DNA of 50,121 nt from Promethearchaeota archaeon (GTDB lineage Archaea; Asgardarchaeota; Lokiarchaeia; Sigyniarchaeales; SOKP01), in contig JAEOTP010000048.1 of the NCBI GenBank assembly GCA_016839765.1, positions 1 to 50,121 of the forward strand. Direction: 5' to 3'. A program made the position numbers and the translations under genes. A model generated the notes under the pieces. It saw nothing but the letters and a program-made list of their open reading frames with translations. It ran no database searches and was not told where the DNA came from. Positions 49,246 to 50,121 of the stretch are shown here, piece after piece. Each line of letters opens with the position of its first letter. The stretch's first letter is position 1.

Positions 49246-50121
49246 TTAGATAATTAAAACTTTTTTTATTTTATCAATTACTTTCTTCAGTACAACTTCT
49301 AAATCTAGATTGCAATTCAAAGAAGCAGCTCCATCATGTCCGCCAGCACTAATCTCCCCAATTTCACTTAAGATTTTTCCTAAATTTAATCCTGTTTTTA
49401 GACACACTTCTTTTTTAGCTCTTGTACTAATAATAGTTTCATTTTTTTTCTGTGAATAAACTATACCAATATCAAACCCTATACTAATTAGCATTGATGC
49501 TACTGAACCACTGAAACTACTTACATGTGTTATTCCAAGGAGCCATTCTTCGATTCTTAATAATTCCACCCTCTGTAAACCTTTTATTTTAGCAATTCTC
49601 TCAGAAATATCTAATTCTGAATTTAGTAAAGGTAATATATCTTGGAAAGAAATGTCATCTTTGATTAGATTAGATATATTATGGATAGTTTGATTATTTC
49701 CATATTTAAAAAATCCAGAATCAGTTAAAATTGCTGTCGCTAGTAATACTTTATAAGGAGTGGGAATTTTTATTTTAAATCTTCTAAAAAGCTCGATAAT
49801 AATTTCTGCTGTCGAGGAATAATTCTCAAAAATTATATTTAAAGATTTTAAATTACCTTTATATTCATTGTTTAAATTAAAATGATGATCAATAAAGATA
49901 AAAGGAATATTAGAGTCTAATCTTTTTAAATCTTCAATAAAATTAACTTGATCTAAATTATTTGTATCAACTATAATTATAATATCAAAATTTGAAACAT
50001 TGATATTATTAAGAGATTTAAAATTGAAATTAGAAAATTTTTTTTTAAATTTGTATAAGAAACTCTTTATAAAATTGGAGAATTCAGAAAAATAGAGAGA
50101 AATTTCTTGGTTTTTAAAAAG
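49246..50121 (-). CDS. DHH/DHHA1 phosphoesterase (NrnA-like), 5' partial
   Basis: The frame continues upstream of the listed ORF with IIIVDT, FIDHH and ILTDSGFF; C-terminal AGGHDGAA. Confidence 0.88.
   Translation of the reverse strand, partial: LFKNQEISLYFSEFSNFIKSFLYKFKKKFSNFNFKSLNNINVSNFDIIIIVDTNNLDQVNFIEDLKRLDSNIPFIFIDHHFNLNNEYKGNLKSLNIIFENYSSTAEIIIELFRRFKIKIPTPYKVLLATAILTDSGFFKYGNNQTIHNISNLIKDDISFQDILPLLNSELDISERIAKIKGLQRVELLRIEEWLLGITHVSSFSGSVASMLISIGFDIGIVYSQKKNETIISTRAKKEVCLKTGLNLGKILSEIGEISAGGHDGAASLNCNLDLEVVLKKVIDKIKKVLII

Noticed and set aside
1-50121. tRNA, rRNA, CRISPR arrays and IS elements
   Set aside because: Intergenic gaps are short and AT-rich, with no GC-rich structured RNA, regularly spaced repeats or transposase motifs visible by eye.

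Overview
This is a very AT-rich, gene-dense archaeal chromosome segment. It is most consistent with an Asgard archaeon (Lokiarchaeia-like). That assignment is inferred from archaeal core genes (aIF5A, SRP54, FEN1, Nob1, Cdc48, Cgi121, ZPR1-like, four-subunit POR) occurring together with eukaryotic-signature proteins (a Rab-like small GTPase with a C-terminal Zn ribbon and a Roadblock/LC7 protein). About 45 CDSs are present, mostly housekeeping or metabolic. I recognised no rRNA, tRNA, CRISPR array or transposase. The main finding is in the PfkA-family, probably PPi-dependent, phosphofructokinase gene (40743->39565, minus strand). It is interrupted inside its GG-DDT catalytic motif by a 30-nt insert (40389-40418) carrying two in-frame stops. 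Insert and flanking exons fold into a relaxed bulge-helix-bulge (BHB) structure. Cleavage at the canonical tRNA-splicing-endonuclease positions removes exactly these 30 nt and restores ...IGGDDTLG... in an intact 382-aa protein. This is a candidate endonuclease-spliced mRNA micro-intron in a central carbon-metabolism gene. Secondary observations are a weaker intron-like 27-nt insert in tldD, a degenerate DapA-like barrel fused to an APH-type kinase that probably uses a non-canonical start, a deletion scar, degenerate NikR-like and TrmY-like proteins, and several intergenic inverted repeats. All calls come from motif reading by eye; no searches or folding programs were run.
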